Source of the DNA: a virus
Length of the DNA stretch: 64,000 bases
Virus record (IMG/VR): IMGVR_UViG_3300031857_000027
Reading direction: 5' to 3' (one strand)
This document shows, piece by piece, positions 46,791-56,855 of the stretch. The stretch's first letter is position 1. Each line of letters opens with the position of its first letter. The notes below the pieces were generated by a model. The model was given only the letters and a program-made list of their open reading frames with translations. It did not search any database and had not been told where the DNA came from. A program made the translations under genes and the position numbers.

Positions 46791-47836
46791 AATTTCTTCC
46801 AAAAAGTAAATTTGGCTATAGCCTCAAGTCCATAAAATGTATTACTATCTATGATTTCCTGGATTTCGCCTGTTGAAAAACCATTTAACACCATCTCATT
46901 AATATCTTTACCATCTATGTTATCAGGCCAAATGACGACATTGTGATTTGATTTGATTGCATTTTCAATCAACTTGCACACTTCTTTATTTCTTGGTTCA
47001 TTGTCAAATACAAGCGTAATTTTTTCTGCTTGAATATTTTTCACTGTTAGAGCAAGATTTGCGTCACCTGATGCTACACAATTCTTCAGAAACAAACTAT
47101 CTAGTGGACCTTCAACAAGATACACACGTTCTTTTAAATTCACACGATCCATGCCAAAAACAAGTTTATTATCAGAATCGTCTGTTCTCAATGTAACATA
47201 GCGTAGTGTGCGGTCGCTTGTCTCTAATGCTCGACCAGATACAGCGATCAATTCATTCTGATAATTAAAATACGGTATAACTAGTCTAGCGTCTTCAACT
47301 AGGTTTTTATCGTGATTTGGAATTAGCGCATCACAAAATGCTTTATAGTTTGAAGTGAACAACAACTTATCATAATGTTCTTCGGGGATTAGCCGATTCT
47401 CAGCATACGTTAAACAAAAATGTCCACTTGGTAAACTACTGAGCCATTCCCCATGTTCAAATATGCTGCGCTTTTTGATGTGACCAAATTTGGGTGGGTT
47501 GGTGACGATTCGTGGTGATACTTCACTTTTTCTGTGATACGTGTTGGCAGTTCCGGTTGTGCCCGACTTATATTTTTCGAGTACGTACTCTCCATGTAAG
47601 GATGAGTCGATGTGCTTGAGGAAATTGGCGACATTTGTTCCTACTCCACAGTTATGACAGCGGTAAAATAAATCATTACCCTTGGCGAAAACATAGCCTC
47701 GGGCTTTAAGTAAATTTGTTTTGGAATCGCCACAATAAGGGCATGAAAAATTCCACAGATTGGTATTCTTCTGCTTGAAGTTACGCAAGCGGGAAGAAAC
47801 CATTCTCACATATTTTGCATCAATGTATAGAGCCAT
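46787..47836 (-). CDS. DNA primase (T4 gp61-like)
   Basis: CPYCGDS..RG..CHNCG, EGPLDS, DNEPRN, KDINEM. Confidence 0.93.
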   Translation of the reverse strand: MALYIDAKYVRMVSSRLRNFKQKNTNLWNFSCPYCGDSKTNLLKARGYVFAKGNDLFYRCHNCGVGTNVANFLKHIDSSLHGEYVLEKYKSGTTGTANTYHRKSEVSPRIVTNPPKFGHIKKRSIFEHGEWLSSLPSGHFCLTYAENRLIPEEHYDKLLFTSNYKAFCDALIPNHDKNLVEDARLVIPYFNYQNELIAVSGRALETSDRTLRYVTLRTDDSDNKLVFGMDRVNLKERVYLVEGPLDSLFLKNCVASGDANLALTVKNIQAEKITLVFDNEPRNKEVCKLIENAIKSNHNVVIWPDNIDGKDINEMVLNGFSTGEIQEIIDSNTFYGLEAIAKFTFWKKL

Positions 47837-47871
47837 ATCTTCATTATAACACTACTACTCACAAAAATCAA

Positions 47872-48300
47872 TTAATTAAAAAACTTTGCCAGGTATTCAA
47901 ATTTGACGTTTGAGATCATCCATGCAACAACGACAACACCGCCGGCAACCATCCACTTCCACTGCATCAATGACTTTAGATCGTCATCTTCTTTTTGATT
48001 GTGTTCGGTGATATGATCACGTAATGATTTGATTTCATCCATGATTCTACGCTCAGTCAGTTCTATTTTATCCGATAGATTTCTGTCTGTGGTAGTAATA
48101 CGTGAATGAAGTTCTTTGATATCGCTTACGGTATCTTCTTTGCGTTTGTCCATGTCTTTGTAAATCTGATTGACAATATTGGCATTGTTATCGGTAAGTT
48201 TTTCGATAACACGGTCCATCTTCTCACAAAGGTCTACAAGTGTATAGACCTTTTCTTTGAGAACGCCAACCTCTACTTTAAGTGCTACATCTCCGTCCAT
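47872..48300 (-). CDS. Coiled-coil protein with C-terminal TM (lysis region)
   Basis: Heptad pattern plus WKWMVAGGVVVVAW. Confidence 0.55.
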   Translation of the reverse strand: MDGDVALKVEVGVLKEKVYTLVDLCEKMDRVIEKLTDNNANIVNQIYKDMDKRKEDTVSDIKELHSRITTTDRNLSDKIELTERRIMDEIKSLRDHITEHNQKEDDDLKSLMQWKWMVAGGVVVVAWMISNVKFEYLAKFFN

Positions 48301-48301
48301 T

Positions 48302-48499
48302 TTATTTCTTCTCAGGAATCTTTGTGCCCTCTAGTTTCTTATGAACTTTGATGGTCTTGCAAACTTCTTTTTCTTTTTTAGTTTTGTTATCAAACTCTTT
48401 GACACAAACTTTCTTTTCTTCAGCGGCAAATGCTGCTTTGGTCAATGGTGCAAAAAGCAGAAACAAAATCATTGATGCTAGGGCAAGTTCTTTTTTCAT
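48302..48499 (-). CDS. Small secreted protein
   Basis: Signal peptide; CK.IKVHKKLEGT. Confidence 0.55.
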   Translation of the reverse strand: MKKELALASMILFLLFAPLTKAAFAAEEKKVCVKEFDNKTKKEKEVCKTIKVHKKLEGTKIPEKK

Positions 48500-48723
48500 T
48501 TCTTTTCCTTGTTAGTAAATTTTTCAGTTGCGGTAAAACCCAACCCACCAAGGACAATATACATTATAGCATCAATTGTCTGTGGATTCAACTTCTTTTC
48601 AAAAAACAATTCGGCAATAAAACCCGTAGCAAGCAAAAGGAATGCCAAAAAGGTAATTAACCTTTTGCTGCTAGGATTCTGTTCATTTTCTCCAGATAAT
48701 GCTTTAGCAATAAAACTAATCAT
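48496..48723 (-). CDS. Holin-like 2-TM protein
   Basis: SSKR, two TMs, basic C-terminus. Confidence 0.55.
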   Translation of the reverse strand: MISFIAKALSGENEQNPSSKRLITFLAFLLLATGFIAELFFEKKLNPQTIDAIMYIVLGGLGFTATEKFTNKEKK

Positions 48724-49196
48724 AGTTCTGGATGTAGTGGTTGTGCTGGTGCTTCTTTACCACCAAAACCTGTTGCAACTGCTGGTGCAAATGCTGCTAC
48801 TGCGGCAACTGGTGCAGCAATTTCTGCACTGCTAGTTGAAAACGTTGCACTAAAACCACCACTTGGTGGCAATGAAGGTGATGGTGTTGGTACATATGGC
48901 TTGTTTGCAGCATCAATCGCTTTTGCTCTCAAGTCTTTGTCATCACCTGCCAACATAATGCCTGACAGTGTACCAGTCAAGAATGTGGCAATTGGAATAA
49001 TTAATTCAAAAAATTTGTTGTCAACAGGACTCATACCGTTCATTGGCTGAGTTACAAAAATCAAACTGTATAGAACAACAAATACAATACCAAATAGTGT
49101 TAAACCTAAAACGATACCAATAAAGAACTTCAGTCGTGCATTTAGTTCCTCAGTAGTGTATCTTTCTCCTGACCATAGATCCTTAATCATTTGCAT
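48720..49196 (-). CDS. 2-TM membrane protein (lysis region)
   Basis: Two TMs, PIATFLTGTLSGI. Confidence 0.55.
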   Translation of the reverse strand: MQMIKDLWSGERYTTEELNARLKFFIGIVLGLTLFGIVFVVLYSLIFVTQPMNGMSPVDNKFFELIIPIATFLTGTLSGIMLAGDDKDLRAKAIDAANKPYVPTPSPSLPPSGGFSATFSTSSAEIAAPVAAVAAFAPAVATGFGGKEAPAQPLHPEL

Positions 49197-49417
49197 TCTC
49201 CTTTACTTGGAACTTGTTGAAATTGTGTTGATGGTGAAGGTTGACCTGTTTTATTTTTTTCGTAATGAGTCAAGTCTTCAGGACAAGTTCCGTTTGCGCT
49301 ACAATATGGTTTCTTACATTGTTTCTGATCCCAATTTTCTGGGTCTTGGCAAGGATAACGATAGTTCTCTTGACAAGCAACCAGTAATGGAAACAATAGA
49401 AGTGCTAGATATTTCAT
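49187..49417 (-). CDS. Cys-rich lipoprotein
   Basis: LVAC lipobox; YRYPCQDP.NW. Confidence 0.65.
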   Translation of the reverse strand: MKYLALLLFPLLVACQENYRYPCQDPENWDQKQCKKPYCSANGTCPEDLTHYEKNKTGQPSPSTQFQQVPSKGECK

Positions 49418-50034
49418 TAGTGTACTCCTAGAACGTGAAGTGCATGTTCATAATGTTTCTTGCGATCTTCAAGTCCTATGGTGCCACCATTGATTCTCTT
49501 GGTCATTGTAAGAATGTCACCTTTGTCTGCCCACTGATTGAGTTTGTTTGTTTCCCAAAACCAACATGCAGACTGTGCAGCGCCTTCAAAGGTCTGTGTG
49601 TATTCGGCTGCTTCTTCAGGTGTTATTTCTAATGAAGCGGCAAACCAAGTATAGTTTGTTTTGCCGGTCAGTTGAATGAGTCCTCTACCACGATATTTGA
49701 ATCCATCACCAGATGCTTCGTTGCCGTTACCCATGCGGTCAGCATAGATACGATTTGCAATCTTTTCTGGTTTCTTTTCGTATGCTTTTGCAGTTGCCAT
49801 ATCTGGAAAATATTTTCCGAATATCTTCATCAGACTTTCTGCTTTGTAGTTCAAGTTTTCAGTAAGAAAAACAAAACCACCAGACTCATGGGCGCACTGA
49901 GCAATAAACGATGCTATGCGTTGTGGTGTATTGATTTCATAATCTGGAAGTAATTGGCTTAACGCCTTGTGCCACTGGTCAATGTATGGGTTCTTTGGTA
50001 GTAATTGTTTTAATTGTTCTTTTGTGAGTTCCAT
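49417..50034 (-). CDS. GH19 endolysin
   Basis: FIAQCAHES, YRGRGLIQLTG..NY, RINGGT.GL.DR. Confidence 0.92.
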   Translation of the reverse strand: MELTKEQLKQLLPKNPYIDQWHKALSQLLPDYEINTPQRIASFIAQCAHESGGFVFLTENLNYKAESLMKIFGKYFPDMATAKAYEKKPEKIANRIYADRMGNGNEASGDGFKYRGRGLIQLTGKTNYTWFAASLEITPEEAAEYTQTFEGAAQSACWFWETNKLNQWADKGDILTMTKRINGGTIGLEDRKKHYEHALHVLGVH

Positions 50035-50049
50035 GTTTTTCCTCAGGTA

Positions 50050-50310
50050 TTATTTTACGGAATCAAAAATCTCCTTTTGTAATCTATACCATTCTATCCA
50101 CATGTCAACTTTGTCACTACACTTATGATACTCCATGTAGTTATCAGATACGACCGTAATCACTTCACTCAGTTTGGTCGTTCCTTCTTGCACTTGCGTC
50201 AGTGGCGGGCAAGGTCTCCCTAATGATTCTGGCATTTCGGGAAACTTGCGAGCCACTGGTACTGTTGTACTACAGCCCGATATCAATAAAACTATAAGTA
50301 ATTTTTTCAT
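50050..50310 (-). CDS. o-spanin (Rz1-like lipoprotein)
   Basis: ISGC lipobox, Pro-rich, CP, YH.C. Confidence 0.75.
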   Translation of the reverse strand: MKKLLIVLLISGCSTTVPVARKFPEMPESLGRPCPPLTQVQEGTTKLSEVITVVSDNYMEYHKCSDKVDMWIEWYRLQKEIFDSVK

Positions 50311-50744
50311 GGCTTCTTGGCTGCTTCGTTCAAAATGCTTACTACGTTAGAATCAAGTTCGCATTTTGCATCAATAACTTTTTCCACTTCTTTAATCTTT
50401 TGGACAACAATCTCTCGTTTTTCAACGACTCTCTTTGTTCTCTCTCGGATTTTCGTTTCGATAACAACATTTGTCTGCTGTGATTTCGCTTCTGCATCTT
50501 TTATTTTCTCCTCTAATTCAGCCACTCTTTGGCGCCATTCTTGCTCGACGCTATAGCCTCCTTTCCAGTATATACCGATGCAAAGTAATGCTATGGAAAC
50601 GTATTTAATAACGTTTGCATAGTTGCCAATAAATGGCAGTCTACTACCTAAAAAACCCAATACGGCACCAACGGCACCGCAGATTAAAACAGTGTTGATG
50701 ATGAATAAAAGAAAGCCCGATGGCAAAAAACTAAGAAGCCACAT
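50307..50744 (-). CDS. i-spanin (Rz-like)
   Basis: N-terminal TMs plus coiled coil, adjacent to the o-spanin. Confidence 0.7.
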   Translation of the reverse strand: MWLLSFLPSGFLLFIINTVLICGAVGAVLGFLGSRLPFIGNYANVIKYVSIALLCIGIYWKGGYSVEQEWRQRVAELEEKIKDAEAKSQQTNVVIETKIRERTKRVVEKREIVVQKIKEVEKVIDAKCELDSNVVSILNEAAKKP

Positions 50745-50967
50745 TTGACTTTCTCTTTATAAATGAAATGAATGTTGCAGTCTTACGTTTCTTCACGCCG
50801 GGTTCACCTTGTGGTCCTACGCCGACACCTGCAATTGCACCACCACCCACAGCGTTAGTGGGCGCACCGCCCATGGCTCCAGCATCCTCTTTGAGTGGTT
50901 TGCAGACTTTATCGGTGCTACACCAATAATAACCTGCGCCACATTCTTTTTTAAATTCGTTCGACAT
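50731..50967 (-). CDS. Small late protein
   Basis: LKED..PTN..G.IAG..EPGV; late promoter at about 50974. Confidence 0.55.
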   Translation of the reverse strand: MSNEFKKECGAGYYWCSTDKVCKPLKEDAGAMGGAPTNAVGGGAIAGVGVGPQGEPGVKKRKTATFISFIKRKSNVAS

Positions 50968-50983
50968 AGTTTTATTTATGTGA

Positions 50984-51712
50984 TTAGTACCCTGTTCCAC
51001 CCACATTATAGCCAGTATATACAGTCCACGATGTTCCTGTGCTATTTCCTACCATGACATAACTCTGATTGGCAGTGACGCCACGATTTGATGGCCCCAA
51101 ATCACCACCTGTCAATTTCGCTGTAGAACTATACAAACCAGAAATGACACCAACATTGTTGTTTCCTCTTGCTTGTACACCAACAAGCAATTCAAGCCAT
51201 GGATTACCCGCAGTCAAACTTGGATTGAAGAATGTCAATTCATACACCATGTTAGGGCTGCCCGGTGTACCTGATGTTGATGCCGTACCTTCCCAACGCA
51301 GTCTTCTATAATCTGTGCCTGAAGCAATTGTAGATACTCTTTGCCAAGAATTGTCAGCACCAGCAAAAAAGATTTTATTGAGTGCTGGATTACTTGCACT
51401 TAAACCATTGAACACAGTTGAACCAGAACCAAATGTTACATAATAATTTGAGTTTGGGAAAAAACTTGTATAACCAGTGCTGTTATATGTCCAAGTAAAA
51501 GGAAGTGATACATTTGTGTTAGCATCGTCACCTGTTGCAGATATGATAGATGTCCAACCAGAAGCAGGAAAAGGACTTTGTGCGCCAGCACCAAGAACGG
51601 GTGCTTTCGTTCCAACTTCTAATGTGTAAACACCACTGGGCAATACACCAATACCACCATTGACATCAATACCACCTGTTATTGTTATGCCTGGTCCAAT
51701 GATGATTGTCAT
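50984..51712 (-). CDS. Virion structural protein
   Basis: IGPGITITGGI start; Ser/Thr/Gly-rich beta protein. Confidence 0.55.
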   Translation of the reverse strand: MTIIIGPGITITGGIDVNGGIGVLPSGVYTLEVGTKAPVLGAGAQSPFPASGWTSIISATGDDANTNVSLPFTWTYNSTGYTSFFPNSNYYVTFGSGSTVFNGLSASNPALNKIFFAGADNSWQRVSTIASGTDYRRLRWEGTASTSGTPGSPNMVYELTFFNPSLTAGNPWLELLVGVQARGNNNVGVISGLYSSTAKLTGGDLGPSNRGVTANQSYVMVGNSTGTSWTVYTGYNVGGTGY

Positions 51713-52101
51713 TTTAGATTTCTGAGAACCTCTGCGACATTCATATCAACTGGTATTTCTGATGATATAATGTCTGTATTGTTGATGCCACGAACTTTTT
51801 CGGGCATGAGATTTAAAAACAACAAGTATGTTTTGAGTATACTATAGTCGTCTTTATTGGTATGATAAAACATAATTCTTGTTGATACTTCAGGACCAAA
51901 AATATTGTACAGAACAACAATATGATTGAGTATCAGACGCTCACGCATTTCACCATGTTTAGAATAACGTCTGAATAATCTTTTGAGATAATTCAATCGT
52001 TTCATGTCTTCAGTGAATTCACTCATAACGCAATTAGGCCTATCATAGGCCTTTGCTGCGTACAACATTATATTGTCATCGGTTAGATTCTCAAAAGACA
52101 T
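51709..52101 (-). CDS. Conserved T4-like late hypothetical protein
   Basis: YLKRLF..ERLILNH..LKT.L.FLN. Confidence 0.7.
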   Translation of the reverse strand: MSFENLTDDNIMLYAAKAYDRPNCVMSEFTEDMKRLNYLKRLFRRYSKHGEMRERLILNHIVVLYNIFGPEVSTRIMFYHTNKDDYSILKTYLLFLNLMPEKVRGINNTDIISSEIPVDMNVAEVLRNLK

Positions 52102-52108
52102 AATCAAT

Positions 52109-52130
52109 GAGGCTGCCCGAAAGCAGCCTC
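52109..52130. terminator. Hairpin terminator / processing site
   Basis: GAGGCTGC-CCGAAA-GCAGCCTC. Confidence 0.6.
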
Positions 52131-52138
52131 TATTTCAA

Positions 52139-52717
52139 TTAAGCGTCAGGTGCGATAGCGTCATCGGATGCATCACCTTCCATTGAACCCATTGCTACTA
52201 GAGTTTCAAATGTGGTACGACCGTTACGACCGCCCATTGTAAAGGTGAATGCTGTGTTACCGAATGTGTTTGCTGTTGGTGTACCTGTGTACAAACCAGC
52301 GTTCGTAACTGTGACTGCTGTAATCCTACCAGTAGCAGCCGTTGTTACACTGACTTGTGCAGAGGTATTGTTTGTACCACCACCAGACAATATCAGTGTA
52401 TATGTGCAGGCTGTTGCTGCTGGACCTACAGCATTAGTATTTGCTGCGACCGAATCAATTCCACCTGCGCCTTTTGTACGTGCTACCCAACCAGCGTGTG
52501 TTGGTGTACCGTCAGTGATTAGACCTTCTTCTGTCGTATCAATACCAAATACACCAAACTCTACGTTAGTACGAGTGGCACTCATATATGTGTTGCCAAA
52601 TACTGATGAAGGCTGTGAATTAGCCAGGCTTTCACCAGTAGTTGATGTATCATAGCCAGTCAGACCTGAAAAGTTTGGAGCATTGTTAGATGCGTCTACA
52701 TTTCCCCAAAGTGACAT
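52139..52717 (-). CDS. Virion structural protein
   Basis: MSLWG.., HAGWV, ETLVAM..GD..DD. Confidence 0.7.
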   Translation of the reverse strand: MSLWGNVDASNNAPNFSGLTGYDTSTTGESLANSQPSSVFGNTYMSATRTNVEFGVFGIDTTEEGLITDGTPTHAGWVARTKGAGGIDSVAANTNAVGPAATACTYTLILSGGGTNNTSAQVSVTTAATGRITAVTVTNAGLYTGTPTANTFGNTAFTFTMGGRNGRTTFETLVAMGSMEGDASDDAIAPDA

Positions 52718-52748
52718 GTTTTTCTCCTATAAATCTTTGATTAGTTAT

Positions 52749-54368
52749 TTATGTTTTCTGTATATCGCTAGACAATTCGGGGTCTTTTTGAAACTTATCC
52801 GATGCCTGTTCTTGTTCTTGTTTTTTGCCCTTTGCGGCATCTCTAACAATCTGAGCCTTGCGTGATAGAGTTCTTGCTGCTGCGCTTGGATCGTCAGTGT
52901 TTTCACTCACAGACTTCCAACCACCACCCATTTCTTTGTATTTCTTCGCAGCCCAACCGTTAGCATATGCTGAAGGATATACATCAAACTTAGATTTTGC
53001 TTGTGCTTTAGCCTGCGCCCACTTCTCAGGTGATGTAGGCACATTCTTTTCTTCAAGATATTCAACATCTTCACCCATTGCTCTTTTTTGACTCTGTGTG
53101 TATTTTCTTTGTTTAACTGGTGACATAGATGCCATTGAAGCCTTTTTTCTGTCTCTTTCTACTGCACTATGATAACCACTTCTCAATCTAACTGCCTGAC
53201 CCAGATGTTCATCACCCGCTTCATCATGTCCTTTTGATCTGGCGTCTTTTCCTTTTTTTGTGGCTATTTTTGCAGCACGATCCAAAAGTGCAGGCGAAAG
53301 TTCATCAAGTTGTTCAGTCTCTTCTTTGACATGACCATACTTCTTTTTGTACCAGTCGGGCATACCACTCTTTTGACGGAAGTATCTTACTGTTGCAGAA
53401 TCGTTTGCTTGATCACGATATTTGTTTTCTGCTGTTGTATTATGGCTCTTCATTGCTTCTGCTGCTTTATGGGCATCTTTGGCAATATATTCCAATTCAG
53501 CATTCGTCTTCTTATGATACTCATGACCTTCTAGTGGATGGCGCTGTGATGGGCGACCTTCAGTGAGTTCAACTTCTTCTTTGTTGTATTTCTTTTTTAA
53601 ATACTTATCAACCTTGCGTTCGTATTCACCTTTTGGTTTCTTAGGAACAGGAGTGCCGTGTGGTGAAGGAACATATCGTTTAACTTCTTCATTCAGTTCA
53701 CCACGCAGATAGTTGGCTGCTGTAGAGATATAATCTTCAGCAAGTGTAATCTTTGATTGAACCCATTCTGGCAGATTTGTGTTTTCTTCCATCAAGTCCA
53801 TCATGTCTTGTGCATTGAACATCAGTGAACGAATTTGTGACATCGCCATATCACCTTCATAATCATACTCACGTGCATCTTTTGCTTCTTTAATTGGTGT
53901 AACAATCGTAGAAGACTTATATGGTTTTTTAACTGGTCCAGACACAAATCGTCCTTTCTTTTCTAATTGTTCATCAATCTCTGTTTCTTCAGAAACTCTT
54001 GATGCTTTCATGATACCACGAATCAGTGGTGCTTTGAGTTGCTTGTGTCTTGGAACAGCAATGTGTTCTTTTGACTTTGGATGCCCATATACATCATGGC
54101 CACCACCTGTGCGTTTCAATGTCCAACCTGATTTGCGAAGATGAGCATGAACATCACGTGTCTTCATGCTTGACTCTGGCATCTCATCAAGTTGTTCAAC
54201 TTCTTCCACTTTATATTTCTTTTTGATTTCAGATTGCTTCGCAAGTCTTTCTTTATCGTCAGAAATACCGTAAGAATGACCCAACTCTTTGTAATAGTCG
54301 GGATGTGGTAGTCCCGACTTCTTACGCAGAGCCATTTGTCGTTGATGTAATTTATCTGCGACTGACAT
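52749..54368 (-). CDS. Internal head polyprotein-like protein with a HicA-like RNase domain
   Basis: Repeated EE.EQLDE linkers; GW...GGHDVY.HP...IAVPRH. Confidence 0.7.
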   Translation of the reverse strand: MSVADKLHQRQMALRKKSGLPHPDYYKELGHSYGISDDKERLAKQSEIKKKYKVEEVEQLDEMPESSMKTRDVHAHLRKSGWTLKRTGGGHDVYGHPKSKEHIAVPRHKQLKAPLIRGIMKASRVSEETEIDEQLEKKGRFVSGPVKKPYKSSTIVTPIKEAKDAREYDYEGDMAMSQIRSLMFNAQDMMDLMEENTNLPEWVQSKITLAEDYISTAANYLRGELNEEVKRYVPSPHGTPVPKKPKGEYERKVDKYLKKKYNKEEVELTEGRPSQRHPLEGHEYHKKTNAELEYIAKDAHKAAEAMKSHNTTAENKYRDQANDSATVRYFRQKSGMPDWYKKKYGHVKEETEQLDELSPALLDRAAKIATKKGKDARSKGHDEAGDEHLGQAVRLRSGYHSAVERDRKKASMASMSPVKQRKYTQSQKRAMGEDVEYLEEKNVPTSPEKWAQAKAQAKSKFDVYPSAYANGWAAKKYKEMGGGWKSVSENTDDPSAAARTLSRKAQIVRDAAKGKKQEQEQASDKFQKDPELSSDIQKT

Positions 54369-54370
54369 GA

Positions 54371-55519
54371 TTAGTCCTTCTTGGCCATTTTCGTTGCAGT
54401 TGCATACATTACCGACTTAGCACGTTCACCATAACGCTGTTTGAAACCAGAAAGACCTTTCTTCATACCCATTACGTAATCTTCTTTCTTCTTGGCTTCA
54501 CCTTTTGTTAGTTCACGTTCTTCAATTTGCTGAACACTTTCTGGCATTTCTTTTACACCAGTTGTCTTACCTGCTGCAACTTTTGGTTGTTTCTTTTTGC
54601 CTTCAAAACTTGCTTTTTGGTCTTCATACTCTTTTGTGAACTCATCGTTTGTTGGTTCTTCTGACAACGATTCTTCTTTACGAAGTTTGCTCATTACTTC
54701 GCCAGCCTTTTGTTGTTTTTGTGCTTGATATGCTCTCTCTTTTGAGATAACATCCTTTACCACACCAGCAGCACCTTTTGCAACATCCATAATACCTTCT
54801 TCAATTTCTGTTGCAACAACGCCGTTTACTTTATCTGCATCAATAACTTCAATCATTCTACCATCAATATCCATCTCTTCTGTTTCAATTGGTGCTAACA
54901 CTTTCAGACCATGCTCATTGTACAGTTCAAGCATCTCTGTGAATGATGTTGATTCGTTCACACGTGTTGAACGCTTAAAGTTTTGACGGGCACCATAGCC
55001 ACCCTTTTTCTTCGGTGCATCATCTTCATCATTGTCATCTTTGTAGTCACGCTTGTGAACTAGACCTTTTGCTGTCTTTGTGACTGAGCCATGTTCTGTT
55101 TTACCAGCATCCATGCGCTTCTTTGCATCTGCTACAGTTGGAAATGCTTCGTTCAGTTGCTCTTGTTCAGTTGCTTCAACTTCTTCGTTCTTTTTGCCAT
55201 AGAAGTTATCTTTGTACATGCGTGATGTTGCCTTACGCAGACCTTTTGTGCGATCTTTTGTCTTGTCGGCAATTGCTTTGGTCACATATGAACCAAGTGC
55301 TTTTCTGCCCGCTGGTGTATCACCAACTTCATCTAATTGCTCAACTTCTTCTTTCTTCATATCTTTTTTAGCACGTAGAAGTTTGAAGTCGTGAGCATCA
55401 ACTTTGCCATTTTTGTTGGCATCAATTTTATGCTGATTGCCTTTTAGTTGTTCTTGTTGTAGAACCTTTGCTGCTGCTTCTGCTACACTTTTCAGTGCTT
55501 TGTCATTGAAAATTGACAT
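54371..55519 (-). CDS. Internal head / prohead-core-like protein
   Basis: EEVEQLDE and QLNE linkers; DANKNGKVDAHDF; VMYATATK.A. Confidence 0.65.
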   Translation of the reverse strand: MSIFNDKALKSVAEAAAKVLQQEQLKGNQHKIDANKNGKVDAHDFKLLRAKKDMKKEEVEQLDEVGDTPAGRKALGSYVTKAIADKTKDRTKGLRKATSRMYKDNFYGKKNEEVEATEQEQLNEAFPTVADAKKRMDAGKTEHGSVTKTAKGLVHKRDYKDDNDEDDAPKKKGGYGARQNFKRSTRVNESTSFTEMLELYNEHGLKVLAPIETEEMDIDGRMIEVIDADKVNGVVATEIEEGIMDVAKGAAGVVKDVISKERAYQAQKQQKAGEVMSKLRKEESLSEEPTNDEFTKEYEDQKASFEGKKKQPKVAAGKTTGVKEMPESVQQIEERELTKGEAKKKEDYVMGMKKGLSGFKQRYGERAKSVMYATATKMAKKD

Positions 55520-55544
55520 TTTAGTTCTCCTGATTTAGTTTTTG

Positions 55545-56855
55545 TTATCTTGTGACTTCTTCCCAATCCATCGATGCGTAGATATCAGAACCATTAACTG
55601 ATGCTGCCACGCATAATGTGAGTTCGAAGGGTGTATTGGTCAATCCATTTCTTTCTAATTGAAATTTGAATAGTGCTTCTCTAAGAATATCCACTGGTAT
55701 AGAACTTTGTGTAGTAGAAGTTGTAAAGCCCGATGCTAATATTCTTCCACCTGAAATTGTTGCGGCATCTAATTTATATTCAACAGCAGAATTAACTCCT
55801 GCACTTTCCCATGTTCCACCTGTTGTTGTACCACCCGCCCTGAGTTGCCAGTTATAATATGAGTTGTTAGTTAATGCTAATAAAGATAGTGCAGTAATAA
55901 TGACAATCGCATCTAATCTATCCGATTTCAATCTCAAAGAAATGAGATTATAATATGTTCCAGCAACGGCCAAATCAATTGGGCTAGTAACTGGTGTGCC
56001 TATGGCTTGCTGCGATCCAAGCAATTCATATCCACCTTCAGATATAACGGACGAGCAAATCTGTTTGAGTGTGGAATTACTTGCTGTAATACCTGTGTTC
56101 TTGATTTCATAACGCAACGGTAAAGATGCCGTTGTCATATAAGGAACAGTATTCCTATTGTCATTGTGAAATATGTGGGCAGGAACCATTTTACCATCAA
56201 CCACAAATCCACAGCGAACATCACCAACACCCAACCACTCAACATCCATCCAAAGAATATTTGTCTTACTTACATCAATGCCACCAGCATGTTCAGCACC
56301 ACCACTTTGAGATGAATAACCCGTACCGTCAAACTTGTCTATATTCCAATCTGTTTGTGCAACTTTTGTTTCTGTAATTGTTCCTGTTGTATTACTTCTT
56401 AGCACAAAATAGTTTGTTGTACCCTCATTCTCAAAATAGATACCGTTTTCGGCGCCATAATAACCAACTCTCTGACGAACATTTGCTTTAGGTGTTTCCA
56501 TAGCAAATGACGACATCATTAACAAAGACTTACCTGGTTGATATGAAAACACTCTTGTTGTTTCACGAATGACTTCAGCATTTGCTGTAGTTCCCACAGT
56601 CATCACAATCATACTTTGATTGTTTACAAAAGCATATGAACTATTTCCTGCTGTATTTGATGTTGACCACAGTCCGTTATCAGCAAAGCGATGTGTACTA
56701 TCAAAAAGAGTAAATGGTTGTGATAGACGAAGACGACCAAACGCATCTGTGATTGTACCAGATGGCGTAAGACGATCAGACATCATATTCACCTCATAAC
56801 GAGTGAATACTTGTCCTGAATCTATCTTATGTAAGTCGGTTCTAAACTGTGCCAC
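55545..56855 (-). CDS. Virion structural protein
   Basis: DAFGRLR, YQPGKS, EWLGVG, MTTASLP.RYEI. Confidence 0.7.
   Translation of the reverse strand: MAQFRTDLHKIDSGQVFTRYEVNMMSDRLTPSGTITDAFGRLRLSQPFTLFDSTHRFADNGLWSTSNTAGNSSYAFVNNQSMIVMTVGTTANAEVIRETTRVFSYQPGKSLLMMSSFAMETPKANVRQRVGYYGAENGIYFENEGTTNYFVLRSNTTGTITETKVAQTDWNIDKFDGTGYSSQSGGAEHAGGIDVSKTNILWMDVEWLGVGDVRCGFVVDGKMVPAHIFHNDNRNTVPYMTTASLPLRYEIKNTGITASNSTLKQICSSVISEGGYELLGSQQAIGTPVTSPIDLAVAGTYYNLISLRLKSDRLDAIVIITALSLLALTNNSYYNWQLRAGGTTTGGTWESAGVNSAVEYKLDAATISGGRILASGFTTSTTQSSIPVDILREALFKFQLERNGLTNTPFELTLCVAASVNGSDIYASMDWEEVTR

Noticed and set aside
41657-46802. Introns or inteins in nrdA, nrdB or thyX
   Set aside because: All three are uninterrupted and of normal length.
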